Source of the DNA: Sedimentisphaera cyanobacteriorum
Lineage (GTDB): Bacteria; Planctomycetota; Phycisphaerae; Sedimentisphaerales; Sedimentisphaeraceae
Direction: 5' to 3'
Length of the DNA: 32,000 nt
NCBI RefSeq assembly: GCF_001997385.1
Contig: NZ_CP019633.1
Location: forward strand, 2,250,001 to 2,282,000
The notes beneath the pieces were generated by a model. It had not been told where the DNA came from, made no database searches, and saw only the letters and a program-made list of their open reading frames with translations. Each line of letters starts with the position of its first letter. Position 1 is the stretch's first letter. Shown piece by piece: positions 8,814 through 17,572 of this stretch. The translations under genes were made by a program, and so were the position numbers.

Positions 8814-9848
8814 TTATTTGCCGAAATGCCTTACAAGCCTGTTGTACTGGCTTTTGGTTATTGTAATCATACATCCATGACGGACTTTTTCGGGCAGGGA
8901 GTATTTGTCCCAGTTTTTGTGGTCGGTGTAGCCGGAGATCTGATGCCACGGCCCATCCATCGAATCAGCCACTGAAAGCCCGTATGAAACGCCCGGATAC
9001 TGCTCGTAGTATAGATACCAAGCTGTACCGTCCGGCGAGGGGATTAGCGTTGGCGCCTCGCGGAAATTCGGGCTTATCGGCTCGGAGGGCTTAGAATACG
9101 GCCCGAGCATCGATTTTGAGCTGCATATTCGGATGGTTTTGCCGGTAGGCCAGTCGAGGGTGGGATAGCGTTCGTCTTTGATGATTGCGTAATACCGCCC
9201 GTTAATCCTGCGCACGATGGTGTCGATTGTGGCCATATCCCAAGAATTGAACAGCCTGCGCGGCGGCGAATCGAACTCTTTGAGGTCTTCAGAGAGAAGA
9301 TACAGCGTTCGCTGGCTCGCCCAATACGGCTCGGGCAGGCTCGGATCTACGCCTCTGTGCGGTGTGTGCCAAGTGAGAAGGTACTGCTGGGAAGGTTTGT
9401 CGTAGTAAAGCTTCGGGGCTCCGATACGCTGCATTGCCTTCTCGTAGTTGGGGGTTTCTTCGAGGTTCGGATCGAGCCTGCTGTAAAACTCCCAGTCGAT
9501 CAGGTTATCTGACACCCAGAAGTTGATATCCGGCGAGGGGTCGCTTTCATTGCCCACAATATAATAGCGTCCGTCGCGGCCCTTGCATATATCGGCGTGG
9601 CCGTGGTAGGGCTCGTAAACGCGCTTGCCGTCGTTGAGCAGCTCCCAGTTCAGCCCGTCGGTGCTTACGGAATAATAAAGCTCCCCGTAGTCCCCGTGCA
9701 TCATATGGGCGAAAAGATACGCCTCGTTTACCGGCTTCTCGCCAGGGGCAGTCTGCCCGGGCGGGTCCGGCAGAGCAAACGCAAATACAGGGAAAAGCAG
9801 AAGTATAAATAAAGCCGCAGTTTTGCAGTTCATAAAAACGCCTTTCAT
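8814..9848 (-). CDS. Secreted five-bladed beta-propeller glycoside hydrolase, GH43-like
   Basis: 344-aa ORF with signal peptide MKGVFMNCKTAALFILLLFPVFAFA. GH43-type motifs are spaced as expected: HADICKGRDGRYYIVG, GAPKLYYDK..YLLTWH, IDTIV, and FREAPTLIPSPDGTAWYLYYE. I cannot assign the exact family or subfamily by eye. Confidence 0.6.
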   Translation of the reverse strand: MKGVFMNCKTAALFILLLFPVFAFALPDPPGQTAPGEKPVNEAYLFAHMMHGDYGELYYSVSTDGLNWELLNDGKRVYEPYHGHADICKGRDGRYYIVGNESDPSPDINFWVSDNLIDWEFYSRLDPNLEETPNYEKAMQRIGAPKLYYDKPSQQYLLTWHTPHRGVDPSLPEPYWASQRTLYLLSEDLKEFDSPPRRLFNSWDMATIDTIVRRINGRYYAIIKDERYPTLDWPTGKTIRICSSKSMLGPYSKPSEPISPNFREAPTLIPSPDGTAWYLYYEQYPGVSYGLSVADSMDGPWHQISGYTDHKNWDKYSLPEKVRHGCMITITKSQYNRLVRHFGK

Positions 9849-9940
9849 AAAAGCTGGTGTAAGTAGCCGCTTAAGAAATATAAATCTTAAGTTTTTTAAT
9901 CAATGGACACGATTATAGCAAACTTGAATTTTAATTTGAA

Positions 9941-11212
9941 GCGCAACGCTTTGCTAATTTAATCAGCCCGCCTGAGGCGGGCTGGAGTTTATCGCTTTAG
10001 GCAAACCTGGGAATTTCATAGGCAAGGCGGTTTTTAGGCCGCCTTTTCCCAAGTTTGACAGTTGCAGCGCTCGGGTTGCTCTCCAGCATAGCCCTATCCC
10101 CTGCAGCAGCGATTTAATTATAACAGCAGAGCAAGCATAGAAAAGTAAAAAAAAGAGTGCCCATTACGGGTGTTTCCGATAGAATGTTTTTTACGAAAAA
10201 TACTCTATTTAAGGAACCGCAATGGGCTACAAACATCTTAACATCAATGAAAGAGAATGCATACTAAAAATGCAGGCAAAAGGAAAAAAATTATCTCAGA
10301 TTGCCGAATATCTCGGCAGAAACAAGGGCACGATAAGTCGAGAATTGAGTCGCAATGTCTCTTCAACTGGGGATTACAAACCGCACCTTGCCCTTGGATA
10401 TTACAACAAACGCAGAGTCGCATCCAAACGCCCTTATCGCTTGGAGCAGAACGGCCGATTGTGCCGGCTTGTAATCAATAAACTTGAACAATATCACTCG
10501 CCCGAGCAGATATCCGCTCGCCTTAAAATTGATTATCCCTACGAGCAGGAAATGCGCGTAAGTCATTTAACCATATATAGTTGGATAAAGAGAGATAAAG
10601 CTGCCGGCGGCGATTATTATAAGTATTTGAGGCAAGGACATCGTAAAAGGAGAAAGAAACACGGCAGCAGCGACAAACGTGGCCGGATACCGGAGAGAGC
10701 TCCGATCAGTGAACGTCCGGCTGTTGTTGATAAACGCAGCCGCATTGGCGACTGGGAAGGTGATACCGTAAGCGGCAAGGGGCACAGTTCGTTTGTTGCC
10801 ACCCATGTAGAGCGGAAAACCCGCTACCTGCTGGTCGGTAAAATGGATGACAAGAGTGCAGCCAGTATGAACGTTACTACCAAGAGAATATTCAGGAAAA
10901 TTCCTAAGTTCAAACGAAAGACACTAACGGTTGATAACGGCAAGGAATTTGGCGGATTTAAGGAGATGGAAAGAATGGTCGGTCTATGCTGCTACTTTGC
11001 TGATCCGTACAGCTCATATCAGCGTGGTACGAACGAAAATACCAACGGACTGCTGCGTCAGTTTTTTCCAAAAGGTACTGATTTTAAGAAAGTAAGCAAA
11101 GCAGAAATTGACAAAGCCGTATCCTTAATCAATAATAGGCCAAGGAAATGCTTAAACTATCGGACACCAAATGAGATGCTCTGGAGCGGATAAAAATGTT
11201 GCGCTTCAGATT
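9941..11212 (+). mobile_element. IS30-family insertion sequence (about 1.27 kb)
   Basis: An intact IS30-type transposase ORF is flanked by inverted copies of an 11-mer: tgaagcgcaac at 9945-9955 and gttgcgcttca at 11198-11208. This extends to about 15 bp with one mismatch (aat[t/c]tgaagcgcaac). The transposase stop (11193) lies just inside the right repeat, as is usual for IS30. The left arm carries two strong hairpins (9964-9984 and 10024-10047). Exact termini and target duplication are unresolved. Confidence 0.6.
10222..11193 (+). CDS. IS30 family transposase
   Basis: 323-aa ORF. It has an N-terminal HTH (LSQIAEYLGRNKGTISRELSRN) and a DDE triad context (DWEGDTV, TVDNGKEF, YQRGTNENTNGLLRQFFPKGTDF). 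An AAGGAA Shine-Dalgarno precedes ATG 10222. Confidence 0.9.
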   Translation: MGYKHLNINERECILKMQAKGKKLSQIAEYLGRNKGTISRELSRNVSSTGDYKPHLALGYYNKRRVASKRPYRLEQNGRLCRLVINKLEQYHSPEQISARLKIDYPYEQEMRVSHLTIYSWIKRDKAAGGDYYKYLRQGHRKRRKKHGSSDKRGRIPERAPISERPAVVDKRSRIGDWEGDTVSGKGHSSFVATHVERKTRYLLVGKMDDKSAASMNVTTKRIFRKIPKFKRKTLTVDNGKEFGGFKEMERMVGLCCYFADPYSSYQRGTNENTNGLLRQFFPKGTDFKKVSKAEIDKAVSLINNRPRKCLNYRTPNEMLWSG

Positions 11213-11858
11213 TTATTCTAAGAAATTTTGAGTTCTCAACAATTTCTTTTTTTATTTGTTCGTTTATGTTTTTAGCTGTTCGATATTCTTTAGAGGTGCC
11301 TCCACGGGTTGAGGGGTTTATTTTTTGCTTAAGACTTTGGTCAACTTGATCTTCTAAACGTTTTACAAACTGTGAATTACCTGCATCTCTAACAGCAGGA
11401 ATCAACACAACATCAACCTTCTTTTTAAGTTCTTCTAATAAATCATAAGCATGCTCGTTTGCTTTTTCGTTTTGTTTAGGTTCTCCATAGTTTAGCCTTA
11501 GTTTATTAGCTGATTTTAAATAAGATAATCTGATTTTAGCTTTTCCGTCCTTATTGCAGCCGTATTTCTTAAACTTTCTTTTGTCGTAGACCTTAATTAT
11601 CAATGAAAATCTTCTCGCTTTATGATGACTCTCATTCGCAGGCTTCCAAAAAGCTTTTTCTTCAACATTGAGTTGTCTTTTACTTAACAATAACTCTTTG
11701 TCAGTATTGTTAAAAAGGTGTTCTAGCATTTTAAGAACAGATGATTTGCCCTCGTTATTTTCACCAACCAATAAAGTAAATTTATGAAAATATAAAGTAG
11801 TATTGGTATAGTTTCTTAAGTTTTGAACCTTGCAGCCTAAAATTTCTATATCATTCAT
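11157..11858 (-). pseudogene. Truncated OLD-family / AAA_15-like ATPase (N-terminal about 215 aa only), C-terminally fused to IS30-derived sequence
   Basis: The N-terminal Walker A context (FTLLVGENNEGKSSVLKMLEHLF) and DVVLIPAVRDAGN resemble OLD/DUF2813-type ATPases. No Walker B or Toprim part is present. The reading frame crosses the IS right end near 11212, so the last ~18 codons (..SEAQHFYPLQSISFGVR) are IS sequence. Native DNA at 11213-11900 is conspicuously AT-rich; one 60-nt line counted 14 G+C. Confidence 0.6.
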
Positions 11859-11912
11859 ATAAAGTCCTTTTTTAGTTCGATTTCTGGAAATGCAAAAAGA
11901 AATCTACAAAAT

Positions 11913-13019
11913 CTACTCATTTTTTGTAACCTTGACGAGCATTTCGAGTTCTTCGGGGTGGTGTGAGTATGCCTTTGCGCTGGAAACGCCGATATGTTCT
12001 TCATTTATGAGTCTTGCCAGAGACATATTGTAGCTGTGCATCCCGTCGCTTCCGTCTTTTATCACATCCGAGAGCTGCGATTCCTTCTCCTCATCCCTTA
12101 GATACTGCCTCACCGAGGGGGTATTCACAAACACCTCGGTCGCTGGTATCACGCCGAAGCCTTTCTTTTCCGAGGGCAGGAGCATCTGGTTCATAATAGC
12201 GAGCAGGTTGTAGCTGAGGTTGAGCCTCACGGCATCGTGCTCTGCTTCGGTGAAGAAGTTGAGGATTCTGCTGAATGTCCAAGCTGCTGTTGCCGTATGC
12301 AGAGAAGTGAGTACGAGGTGTCCCGTTTCGGCTGCCATAATAGCCGCATGCACTGTTTCAGCGTCCCGCATTTCGCCAATCATAATTACGTTTGGGTCTT
12401 CCCTCAGCACAGCTCGAAGTGCCTGAGCGTAGTCCTTGAAATCCAAGCCGAGCTCTCTTTGGTGGATAAGCCCCTTTGTATTGCGGAACACATACTCCAC
12501 CGGATCTTCGATTGTAACGATGTGTTTCTCGGGGTATCTGCCGAGATAGCCCACCATTGCGGCGAGAGTTGAGGATTTACCGCTGCCAGTTTCCCCGCCA
12601 ACAATCACAATCCCCTTCTGCTCGGGATTCTCCATCACTTTTTGGTAGATTGGGGGGAGGTTGAGGTCTTCAAATGAGGGAATCTTATAGCTGATTCTTC
12701 GCATAGCAGCGGCTGGTTTGCCCATGGATGTGTACACCTGCATACGGTATCTTATGGGTTTGCCGTCGTATTCGGTTTCGTAGGAATAGTCAACAGAGCC
12801 GTTTTCCTCAAGCAGTTTCTGGCAGCGCTGCTTTTGGCTCTCCTTCAGAGTCTGATCCATAATGCTTCGAACAGTTTTTTCGCTCAAGATAGACTCCTCA
12901 CCTCCCATAGCGTGCAGAGATCCGTTGATGCGGAGCCGCAGTTTCCTGCCTGCGCTCAAATGAATATCGGAAGAATTGTACTTCTCGGCCGCCGCTATTA
13001 TGCTGTCCAGCATAGACAT
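11913..13019 (-). CDS. pilT: PilT/PilU-family type IV pilus retraction ATPase
   Basis: Walker A is GGETGSGKSSTLAAMV, Walker B region is VIMIGEMRD, and the His box is TGHLVLTSLHT. The ORF track starts at 13082. ATG 13019 (MSMLDSIIAAAEKY..) has an AGGAG Shine-Dalgarno 6-7 nt upstream and is preferred. Confidence 0.85.
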   Translation of the reverse strand: MSMLDSIIAAAEKYNSSDIHLSAGRKLRLRINGSLHAMGGEESILSEKTVRSIMDQTLKESQKQRCQKLLEENGSVDYSYETEYDGKPIRYRMQVYTSMGKPAAAMRRISYKIPSFEDLNLPPIYQKVMENPEQKGIVIVGGETGSGKSSTLAAMVGYLGRYPEKHIVTIEDPVEYVFRNTKGLIHQRELGLDFKDYAQALRAVLREDPNVIMIGEMRDAETVHAAIMAAETGHLVLTSLHTATAAWTFSRILNFFTEAEHDAVRLNLSYNLLAIMNQMLLPSEKKGFGVIPATEVFVNTPSVRQYLRDEEKESQLSDVIKDGSDGMHSYNMSLARLINEEHIGVSSAKAYSHHPEELEMLVKVTKNE

Positions 13020-13229
13020 ATTGTTCTCCTGTATTAAACCATACACAAATCGAATTATCGCCCTTCCGGCAGGGCAATACAAAGCCTCGGGCTCAATGCC
13101 CGCAATTATTCTAACATAAATCGCTCAGTATTGAAAATTTCGTCCTGTCCGGCTCTGTCAAAGAGCTTGCAGGGCGTTTTTAAGCGCTTATAAGGCTCTA
13201 AATTTGTTTACAGAAGAATCAGGTTTCGC

Positions 13230-14309
13230 TCAGCTTTTTTGTGCAGGTTTGCCTCTGCTCTGGTCTGCGGCGTGTTCTGCGGGCTCGAATTTTGCGAAAA
13301 TCATCCTGCCTGCGGAGGTCTGCAGCGAGCTTGTAACGATAGCCGGCACTGTCTCGCCGATCATATCGCTGGTTTCTTCCACTACCACCATCGTTCCGTC
13401 TTCGAGGTATCCGATGCCCTGTTTGCGTTCTTCGCCCTTCTTTATTATCCGAACCTTCAGCGGCTCGCCCGGAAGAACAACTGGCTTGATGGCCTTCGCG
13501 ATGTCGTTTATGTTCACCACATCCACCTGACGCACCATCGCCACCTTACCGAGGTTGTAGTCTGTAGTAACGAGGCGTCCGTCGCAGTTTTTGGTGAAGG
13601 CAACGAGCTTCTGATCTACAGGAGCGTGGAATTCGATTCCCGGAGGAGGGGTATCATCGATGTTTATCTCCACAACCGGCTCGGACTGAAGCTGGGCTAT
13701 CATATCCAGCCCCCTTCTGCCTCTTGTCCGCTTGAGTTTATCGGGGGAATCCGAGAGCAGCTGGAGCTCGTTGAGTATAAACCGAGGCACGATAAACGGA
13801 GCATCGAAAACCTTTGTCTGTGCGAGCTCGAAGATCCTTCCGTCAACTATCACAGATGAATCCAGCACCAGCGGCCTAACGCCCTTTGTCTGACGTGAAA
13901 ACTCCACATACGGAATCACAAACCGAACATCATCCTTGGTACGCATCACGATGCTTATCGTAAGGTAGCAGATGCAGATGCTTACAATCCAGCGGGTTGT
14001 CCCGAGCGCCTGCTCGTTCATCCCGATATTGTAAAGGTCGTTAACCGTTGAAATTACAGGCGTGATTGCTGAGCTTATCAGCATACCCACAAGAAGCCCG
14101 AAGAATATGCTCGTAAGCGAGGAGAGGTGTTTTTTGGGGGTAAGCCAGTCTATAACTATAACAACAATAGCCAGTATCATTGCAAGGAAATAGCCTGTAA
14201 GAAGCTTTGGCTGATTGAGAACACCTGTTTCCTGAGCATTATCTATTGCGAGGAACAAAACAGCAAGGATTATAGTAAAGAAAAGACCGCGAATAAAGTA
14301 AAGAAGCAT
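13230..14309 (-). CDS. YacL-like integral membrane PIN + TRAM domain protein
   Basis: 359-aa ORF. It has four N-terminal hydrophobic segments, a PIN-like core (LVLDSSVIVDGRIFELAQTKVFDAPFIVPRFILNELQLLSD) and a C-terminal TRAM-like barrel (GEPLKVRIIKKGEERKQGIGYLEDGTMVVVEE). A GGGAG Shine-Dalgarno precedes ATG 14309. Confidence 0.75.
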   Translation of the reverse strand: MLLYFIRGLFFTIILAVLFLAIDNAQETGVLNQPKLLTGYFLAMILAIVVIVIDWLTPKKHLSSLTSIFFGLLVGMLISSAITPVISTVNDLYNIGMNEQALGTTRWIVSICICYLTISIVMRTKDDVRFVIPYVEFSRQTKGVRPLVLDSSVIVDGRIFELAQTKVFDAPFIVPRFILNELQLLSDSPDKLKRTRGRRGLDMIAQLQSEPVVEINIDDTPPPGIEFHAPVDQKLVAFTKNCDGRLVTTDYNLGKVAMVRQVDVVNINDIAKAIKPVVLPGEPLKVRIIKKGEERKQGIGYLEDGTMVVVEETSDMIGETVPAIVTSSLQTSAGRMIFAKFEPAEHAADQSRGKPAQKS

Positions 14310-14406
14310 TTAGAAACTCCCAGCGAAGAAATAATATAAAGTTATTAAATAAAATGCGGTTAAATTCTACCCCCACGGCTTGATAACGTCAAACAAATTC
14401 CCCCTT

Positions 14407-14429
14407 CTGAAAACCTTAGCGGTTTTCAG
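14407..14429 (-). terminator. Hairpin downstream of spoVG (possible terminator)
   Basis: ctgaaaacc-ttagc-ggttttcag forms a 9-bp perfect stem about 34 nt after the spoVG stop. The trailing sequence on the minus strand (AAGGGGGAATTTGTTTG) is only weakly U-rich. Confidence 0.35.
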
Positions 14430-14462
14430 TTATCCAAAGCTCAAACAGAACCGCAGCTGAAA

Positions 14463-14873
14463 TCAGCTGTCTAAATCTATCGGCTCGTAATCAGGGTGCT
14501 TGGCTCTTTCTACCTCTTCGTGGTATGCCTTTAATATCGCATCCTGTATTTTGTCTCTGCATTCAGAGTTTATAGGGTGCGCGATATCGGCATGGAGCTT
14601 CGACCTTCCGGCAGAATCTTTCTTTGTTCTGTCTTCTTGAAGCTTCTTTCCGCAGCCGCTGCAGAATCTTGCACGCAGGCTGTTTTTAGCGCCGCAGTCA
14701 GGACAATGATCGCTCATCTTTCTTGAAGGCATTGCAACAAACAATCCGCTGCTGCCTTCGATGATCTTTATGTCCCTAACGACAAACTCCCCTTCCATTG
14801 TAATAGAACAAAAGGCCTTCAGCCTCTCATCCTTGTTTTCAACCAACTTTACGCGAACTTCGCTGATTTCCAT
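14463..14873 (-). CDS. spoVG: SpoVG-family protein with a ~40-aa zinc-ribbon-like insertion
   Basis: It starts MEISEVRVKLVENKDERLKAFCSITMEGEFVVRDIKIIEGSSGLFVAMPS and resumes at ADIAHPINSECRDKIQDAILKAYH. Both match the canonical SpoVG core. The insertion between them contains CPDC-x10-CSGC. A GAGGTGG Shine-Dalgarno is upstream. Confidence 0.85.
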   Translation of the reverse strand: MEISEVRVKLVENKDERLKAFCSITMEGEFVVRDIKIIEGSSGLFVAMPSRKMSDHCPDCGAKNSLRARFCSGCGKKLQEDRTKKDSAGRSKLHADIAHPINSECRDKIQDAILKAYHEEVERAKHPDYEPIDLDS

Positions 14874-14891
14874 AGTTCCACCTCGTAGTTT

Positions 14892-15806
14892 TTACCAACT
14901 GTTGGAAGACACTAACCTGCTGCCGCCAAGGGCAGAGTAGTTTTTGATTTTCGCATTTTTTTTGTAATTTTCAAGTTTATTTATGGTAAAAAAGCGGTAA
15001 AACGCAGATCCGCTCCCGCTGAGAGCAAGTTTTTCGCCATTATTCTGCATTTCGGCAAATTCTTCCGCCTCGGGAAAGGCCTTAAAGCAGGCTCTCTCAA
15101 GCATATTTATTCCGAGGCGGCAGATCTTTTCCGCATAACCCTGCTTCAGGGCATAATTAACTTCTGACAGTTTTTCTTCGTATTCTTTTTCCGAATGTTT
15201 GTATTTTGAGTACACTTTTGCGGTAGAGCAGGTGAAATCGGGCACAAAAATCTGAAAAACAATATCTGAAAGCGGCAAATCAACCGCCTGCACCTTCTCG
15301 CCTCTGCCTGTGCATCTGGCGGCAGGGCTTGCCTGCAGGAAAAACGGTATATCGCTGCCGAGTTTGCAGGCAGCAGAATGTTTGAACTCGCTGGAGAGAT
15401 TGAGGCTGAAGAAGCTGTCGATCCCGTCGATGGCTGCTGCGCAGTCGCTGGATGCGCTGCCAAGGCCTGTGCCTGCGGGGATATTCTTTGTGAGTGTGAT
15501 TTTCAGATTCGGCTCGCTCAGGCCAAGCTCGCTGAAGATCAGCTTTCCTGCCTTTAGTACGAGGTTGGATTCGTCCTCCGGAGCCCAGAATCTACCTCTG
15601 CATTCAAGCTCAATTCCGGGCGAGGAGCCCTCCTCGAGGCGAAGCGAATCATACCAGCTCACTTTCGTCATAAGCGTGTCTATCTCGTGAAAGCCGTCTG
15701 AACGCTTTCCTGCAATAAGCAGAAACAGATTAAGCTTTGCAGGCGCATTAACCACAAGACAGCTGCCTTGGTACTCATATTTTTCCTTATGGGGCATGGG
15801 CTCCAT
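14892..15806 (-). CDS. ispE: 4-diphosphocytidyl-2-C-methyl-D-erythritol kinase
   Basis: N-terminal APAKLNLFLLIAGKRSDGFHEIDTLM and the GHMP kinase motif NIPAGTGLGSASSDCAA. The start could be ATG 15806 or M4 (15797). Confidence 0.85.
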   Translation of the reverse strand: MEPMPHKEKYEYQGSCLVVNAPAKLNLFLLIAGKRSDGFHEIDTLMTKVSWYDSLRLEEGSSPGIELECRGRFWAPEDESNLVLKAGKLIFSELGLSEPNLKITLTKNIPAGTGLGSASSDCAAAIDGIDSFFSLNLSSEFKHSAACKLGSDIPFFLQASPAARCTGRGEKVQAVDLPLSDIVFQIFVPDFTCSTAKVYSKYKHSEKEYEEKLSEVNYALKQGYAEKICRLGINMLERACFKAFPEAEEFAEMQNNGEKLALSGSGSAFYRFFTINKLENYKKNAKIKNYSALGGSRLVSSNSW

Positions 15807-15842
15807 ATTATTCCCTTTTGCTTTAATCTAAAGGCTTTGGAG

Positions 15843-16667
15843 CTATTCTATTTCCAGCTTCATGCCTGCAAAGCCCTGCTGAACTTCGCAGTTCAGGTTG
15901 TTTTTCAGGTATTCAGCGGCATAATCGCCTGTGCAGTGGCAGGGGACAAGGCATTTGATGTCCATCTGGCTTAAGTCTTCAACTGTCCCCCTGAGCCTCT
16001 CTTGGCCTGCATGTACGAGGTGCATTCCTCCAACAACAGTGTCTATCTTAGTTTTTTCGGATATGTCCTGTATTCTGCGGATAGTATTAACTATTCCCGA
16101 ATGGCAGCAGCCAAGAACAATCACAAGGCCGCGGGGAGTTTCCGCCCAAAGAGAAATATCATCTTCCAGCTCGTCGATATATCTGCCTTCACGATCTAAG
16201 AAGAAATTTCCGCCTGTGTCTTCGAAGGCGGTTATTCTGGGTACAGTTCCTGTGAGGTTTATTCCGCCCGGGATTGTCAGGGGCTGTTCATACCAGATTT
16301 TTCTCTCTGTGGGCAGATTCTCTATCGCCTTCTTAATTTCCTCCTGCACAGCCACCGAGTGTGCACCGAGGGTTTTGAGGCTGTATCTGGCCTTGAGCAG
16401 GCCTTCATGGCAGTAGAGCTTTGCTTTTTCTGCTCTTTTGAGCACATAACCGAGCCCGCCTGTATGGTCATAATGGCCGTGGCTGAGAACTATGTAATCA
16501 ATGGAGGATAAATCAACCCCAAGATTATCTGCATTCTCTGCCAGAAGCTCAGTCTGCCCTGCATCAAAGAGCACCTTCGAGCCTCCGGCCTCTAAAAACA
16601 TAGACAGGCCGTGTTCGGAGCCTAATCCTTCTGCTGAATTATTGTCCACAAGTATCGTAATTTTCAT
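15843..16667 (-). CDS. MBL-fold metallo-hydrolase (MJ0301-like subgroup)
   Basis: 274 aa, with ILVDNN..HGLS..VLFDAGQ and the metallo-beta-lactamase HxHxDH motif variant (VLSHGHYDHTGGL). A possible sigma-70-like promoter lies on the minus strand: TTGGTT (16730-16725), 16 nt, TATAAT (16708-16703). Confidence 0.75.
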   Translation of the reverse strand: MKITILVDNNSAEGLGSEHGLSMFLEAGGSKVLFDAGQTELLAENADNLGVDLSSIDYIVLSHGHYDHTGGLGYVLKRAEKAKLYCHEGLLKARYSLKTLGAHSVAVQEEIKKAIENLPTERKIWYEQPLTIPGGINLTGTVPRITAFEDTGGNFFLDREGRYIDELEDDISLWAETPRGLVIVLGCCHSGIVNTIRRIQDISEKTKIDTVVGGMHLVHAGQERLRGTVEDLSQMDIKCLVPCHCTGDYAAEYLKNNLNCEVQQGFAGMKLEIE

Positions 16668-16735
16668 AAAAGTTCCTCTTTCAGCTTTCTTGGTTTGAAC
16701 AGATTATAACAAAACCGCCAATCAAACCAATCCTT

Positions 16736-16773
16736 TAAAAACAAAGCCGCCGGCAAGCTATGCAAGCCGGCAG
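16736..16773 (-). terminator. Probable intrinsic terminator ending the NifX-like/MinD-like operon
   Basis: On the minus strand, GCCGGC-ttgcatagctt-GCCGGC is followed by GGCTTTGTTTTT. It lies about 60 nt after the stop of the last operon gene (16834). Confidence 0.45.
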
Positions 16774-16833
16774 CTCTGCGCAATTAGGGGAAACATTTGG
16801 ATGATAAACCGAATCAGTTATTAAACCATAAGT

Positions 16834-17172
16834 TTAATGATCGCATAAATTTGAGCCTGTTGTAAGTGTGTTCTCAAGGTATGCCTTTACAACGTTCTCA
16901 GGCGTATCAGATTCGGCACCTACTATCACCTCAATATTGTTATCATTAAAAAGTTTCTGCGCTCTCTGCCCCATGCCCCCGGCAATTATCAAATCAGCTC
17001 CAAGGTCGTGAAGCCATTTCGGCAGAACTCCCGGTTCGTGGGGCGGCGGCTGGGTGTATTCAGTTTCTTTTATCTCTCTTGAATTTTCATCCGCCTCCAC
17101 AAGAGCAAAGCTCTGGCAATGTCCAAAGTGAAGACTCAGTTTTCCGTTTACAACGGGCAGTGCTATTTTCAT
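16834..17172 (-). CDS. NifB/NifX-family (dinitrogenase FeMo-cofactor-binding fold) small protein, paralog 3
   Basis: 112 aa: MKIALPVVNGKLSLHFGHCQSFALVE...LGADLIIAGGMGQRAQKLFNDNNIEVIVG. This is the typical NifX/NafY-like single-domain pattern. An AAGGA Shine-Dalgarno is upstream. Confidence 0.8.
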   Translation of the reverse strand: MKIALPVVNGKLSLHFGHCQSFALVEADENSREIKETEYTQPPPHEPGVLPKWLHDLGADLIIAGGMGQRAQKLFNDNNIEVIVGAESDTPENVVKAYLENTLTTGSNLCDH

Positions 17173-17191
17173 TTATTCGATCCTTAAAATT

Positions 17192-17572
17192 TCAGGTTAT
17201 CTCTGTTACAGCTTTTTGGTAATTAAGTATTGCTTCTTTCAGTGCGGCGATTGCATTTTCTGTGCATCCAGCGGCTGTTTTTAAGTCTGCATAATCTTTC
17301 AGCTCGTTTTGACTGAATGAGTATGCCCTGCTGAGCTTCATTCCCTCTGCGATCTCAGCAAGAGCCGAACACGAAAGCATACATTCTTTACTGTTGCTAG
17401 TTATGAAGGCTGCCTGGACGATTTGTTCATTTTGAACATTTATCCAGAACTCTGCAAATCCCCCATCGCTTGAATAGACTCTTGCATTTCCCGAGGCGTT
17501 TTTCAGCGGGCCGAAATTATGCGGGACAGTCTTGGATTTTATTTTAGTATCTGTGAACACAATTTCCCCCAA
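17192..17572 (-). CDS. Divergent IscU/NifU-N-like scaffold-fold protein
   Basis: 126 aa. HNFGPLKNASGNARVYSSDGGFAEFWINVQNEQIVQAAFITSNSKECMLSCSALAEIAEGMKL...AAGCTENAIAALKEAI follows the IscU/SufU layout, but the first Cys motif (CGD) reads DGG. There is no ATG start: 17572 is a TTG, and GTG 17560 has a GGGGGA Shine-Dalgarno just upstream. It overlaps the preceding gene. Confidence 0.5.
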   Translation of the reverse strand: MGEIVFTDTKIKSKTVPHNFGPLKNASGNARVYSSDGGFAEFWINVQNEQIVQAAFITSNSKECMLSCSALAEIAEGMKLSRAYSFSQNELKDYADLKTAAGCTENAIAALKEAILNYQKAVTEIT

